Source: Massalongia carnosa (lineage: Eukaryota). From it: a DNA stretch of 64,000 bases. The position numbers and the translations under genes were made by a program. Position 1 is the first letter of the stretch, and every line of letters begins with the position of its first letter. The notes beneath the pieces are model-generated. The model saw only the letters and a list, made by a program, of their open reading frames with translations. It did no database searches and was not told the origin of the DNA. Positions 62,840 to 64,000 of this stretch are shown here, one piece after another. The DNA is taken from assembly GCA_965645245.1 (NCBI GenBank), contig OZ287087.1, positions 1,178,001-1,242,000 of the forward strand. The letters run 5' to 3'.

Positions 62840-64000
62840 AGGACACAAACTCCATTAACATACTACAGTACAACGTCAGAAACGACCGAGTAAGTACAAT
62901 GATAACACTTTTGGCAGATTCAAACACGCAGGACTACGACGTTATAGCAATACAGGAACCATGGCGGAGCACGCACGCCCCGACCACTCTTAGCTCTCAC
63001 CAAAGCGGATTCCACCTTCTATATCGCCCCGGCGGCGACACACGCGTATGCTTCTACGTCAACGAGAAAATCGACCCGGAAAGCTGGGAAGTAGAATTCC
63101 CAACCGCAGACCTATGCACGTTGAAATTGAACGTGAGCACCGACGGTGTTACGAGAACGTTGCACATTCATAACGTGTATAACCCGTCCCCGTCTTCTTA
63201 TTCATCCACAGACAGCCCCTCCACGCTCCCGGCTGTTCGTCAGCAACTCGCCGCAGATGCACAGCACGTCCTCCTCGGCGATTTCAACCTTCACCATCCA
63301 TTTTGGAACGGAGTCACAAGGCCAACGCAACACGCAGCCGCGGACCAACTACTGGATATAGTAGAAGAATTCGATCTCTCACTTACACTGCCCAAAGGGA
63401 CCGTTACATGGGAGGCTCGGAACTCTTTTAGCACCATAGACCTAGTATTTATGTCGGAATTCCTGACGGAAAGACTAGAACACTGCATGTCGAGACCGGA
63501 AATGAACCAATCCTCTGATCACATCCCGATTTCTACCCGCATTCTTCTCGGTAGTGAACAGCTAACGCAAGTCAAGCGCAGAGCATGGAAACTGCTGAAC
63601 ATGGAGAAACTGAGAGAGGCAGAAAGCAACGCCCCGCCCGTCACCCACCCCCGCTCCGCCGAGGAAATTGACCAGTACGCTCAGACAATCCAAGAGTATC
63701 TTCAGAAAATCATAGCCGCCTCCGTCCCCTGGGCCAGACCCAGCGAATACGCGAAACCTTTTTGGAACGAAGAATGCAATCGCGCCATCCGCGAGACTCG
63801 CAAATTGCGCCGTTCCTGGTCGTCATCGCGTCACATTGACGACTGGAAAGCGTACATGAAGTCCAACGACAAGAAGCAAAAGATAATCCGAAAAGCAAAA
63901 ATGCTCTCATTCCGCAAAGAGATCAGTGCAGTCACCGAGTCGCCGCTGGGCATATGGAAGCTGGCAAGATGGGCAAAAGATAGAAGCCAGAAGCCCCGCG
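62836..64000 (+). CDS. LINE ORF2, N-terminal endonuclease part (partial)
   Basis: ATG at 62836 overlaps the ORF1 TGA. Reads MKDTNSINILQYNVRN...IQEPW...HNVYNP; homologous to 42029+. Confidence 0.9.
   Translation, partial: MKDTNSINILQYNVRNDRVSTMITLLADSNTQDYDVIAIQEPWRSTHAPTTLSSHQSGFHLLYRPGGDTRVCFYVNEKIDPESWEVEFPTADLCTLKLNVSTDGVTRTLHIHNVYNPSPSSYSSTDSPSTLPAVRQQLAADAQHVLLGDFNLHHPFWNGVTRPTQHAAADQLLDIVEEFDLSLTLPKGTVTWEARNSFSTIDLVFMSEFLTERLEHCMSRPEMNQSSDHIPISTRILLGSEQLTQVKRRAWKLLNMEKLREAESNAPPVTHPRSAEEIDQYAQTIQEYLQKIIAASVPWARPSEYAKPFWNEECNRAIRETRKLRRSWSSSRHIDDWKAYMKSNDKKQKIIRKAKMLSFRKEISAVTESPLGIWKLARWAKDRSQKPR

Larger units (their letters stand above)
61199..64000 (+). mobile_element. Tad1-like LINE, apparently intact, runs off the window
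   Basis: Arm homology stops at 61198. Intact ORF1 and the start of ORF2 follow. Confidence 0.93.

Overview
Eukaryotic, TE-saturated DNA from a filamentous ascomycete (inferred from Tad1-like LINEs, a chromodomain Ty3/Gypsy, a Ty1/Copia and RIP-like decay). No intact host gene is present. Once five arm-specific insertions are removed (four bounded by TSDs, one running off the window), most of the window is one giant inverted repeat. The left arm (10380-33669) and right arm (40084-61198) are each about 10 kb net and are built from a 164-bp AT-rich satellite plus shared old TE insertions. They flank a ~6.4-kb spacer. The spacer holds one long disrupted gene (34948-39517): DUF3505/C2H2-like zinc domain, then a segment with the R-K-R-H-Y pattern of tyrosine recombinases, then a RecQ-type helicase and a Cys-rich tail (telomere-linked-helicase-like). 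A ~300-bp palindrome-rich module precedes this gene and recurs, decayed, near both outer arm ends. Old copies show a non-canonical RIP-like C-to-T bias at CpC/CpT that spares CpG and mostly CpA. All comparisons were made by eye; no alignments or database searches were run.
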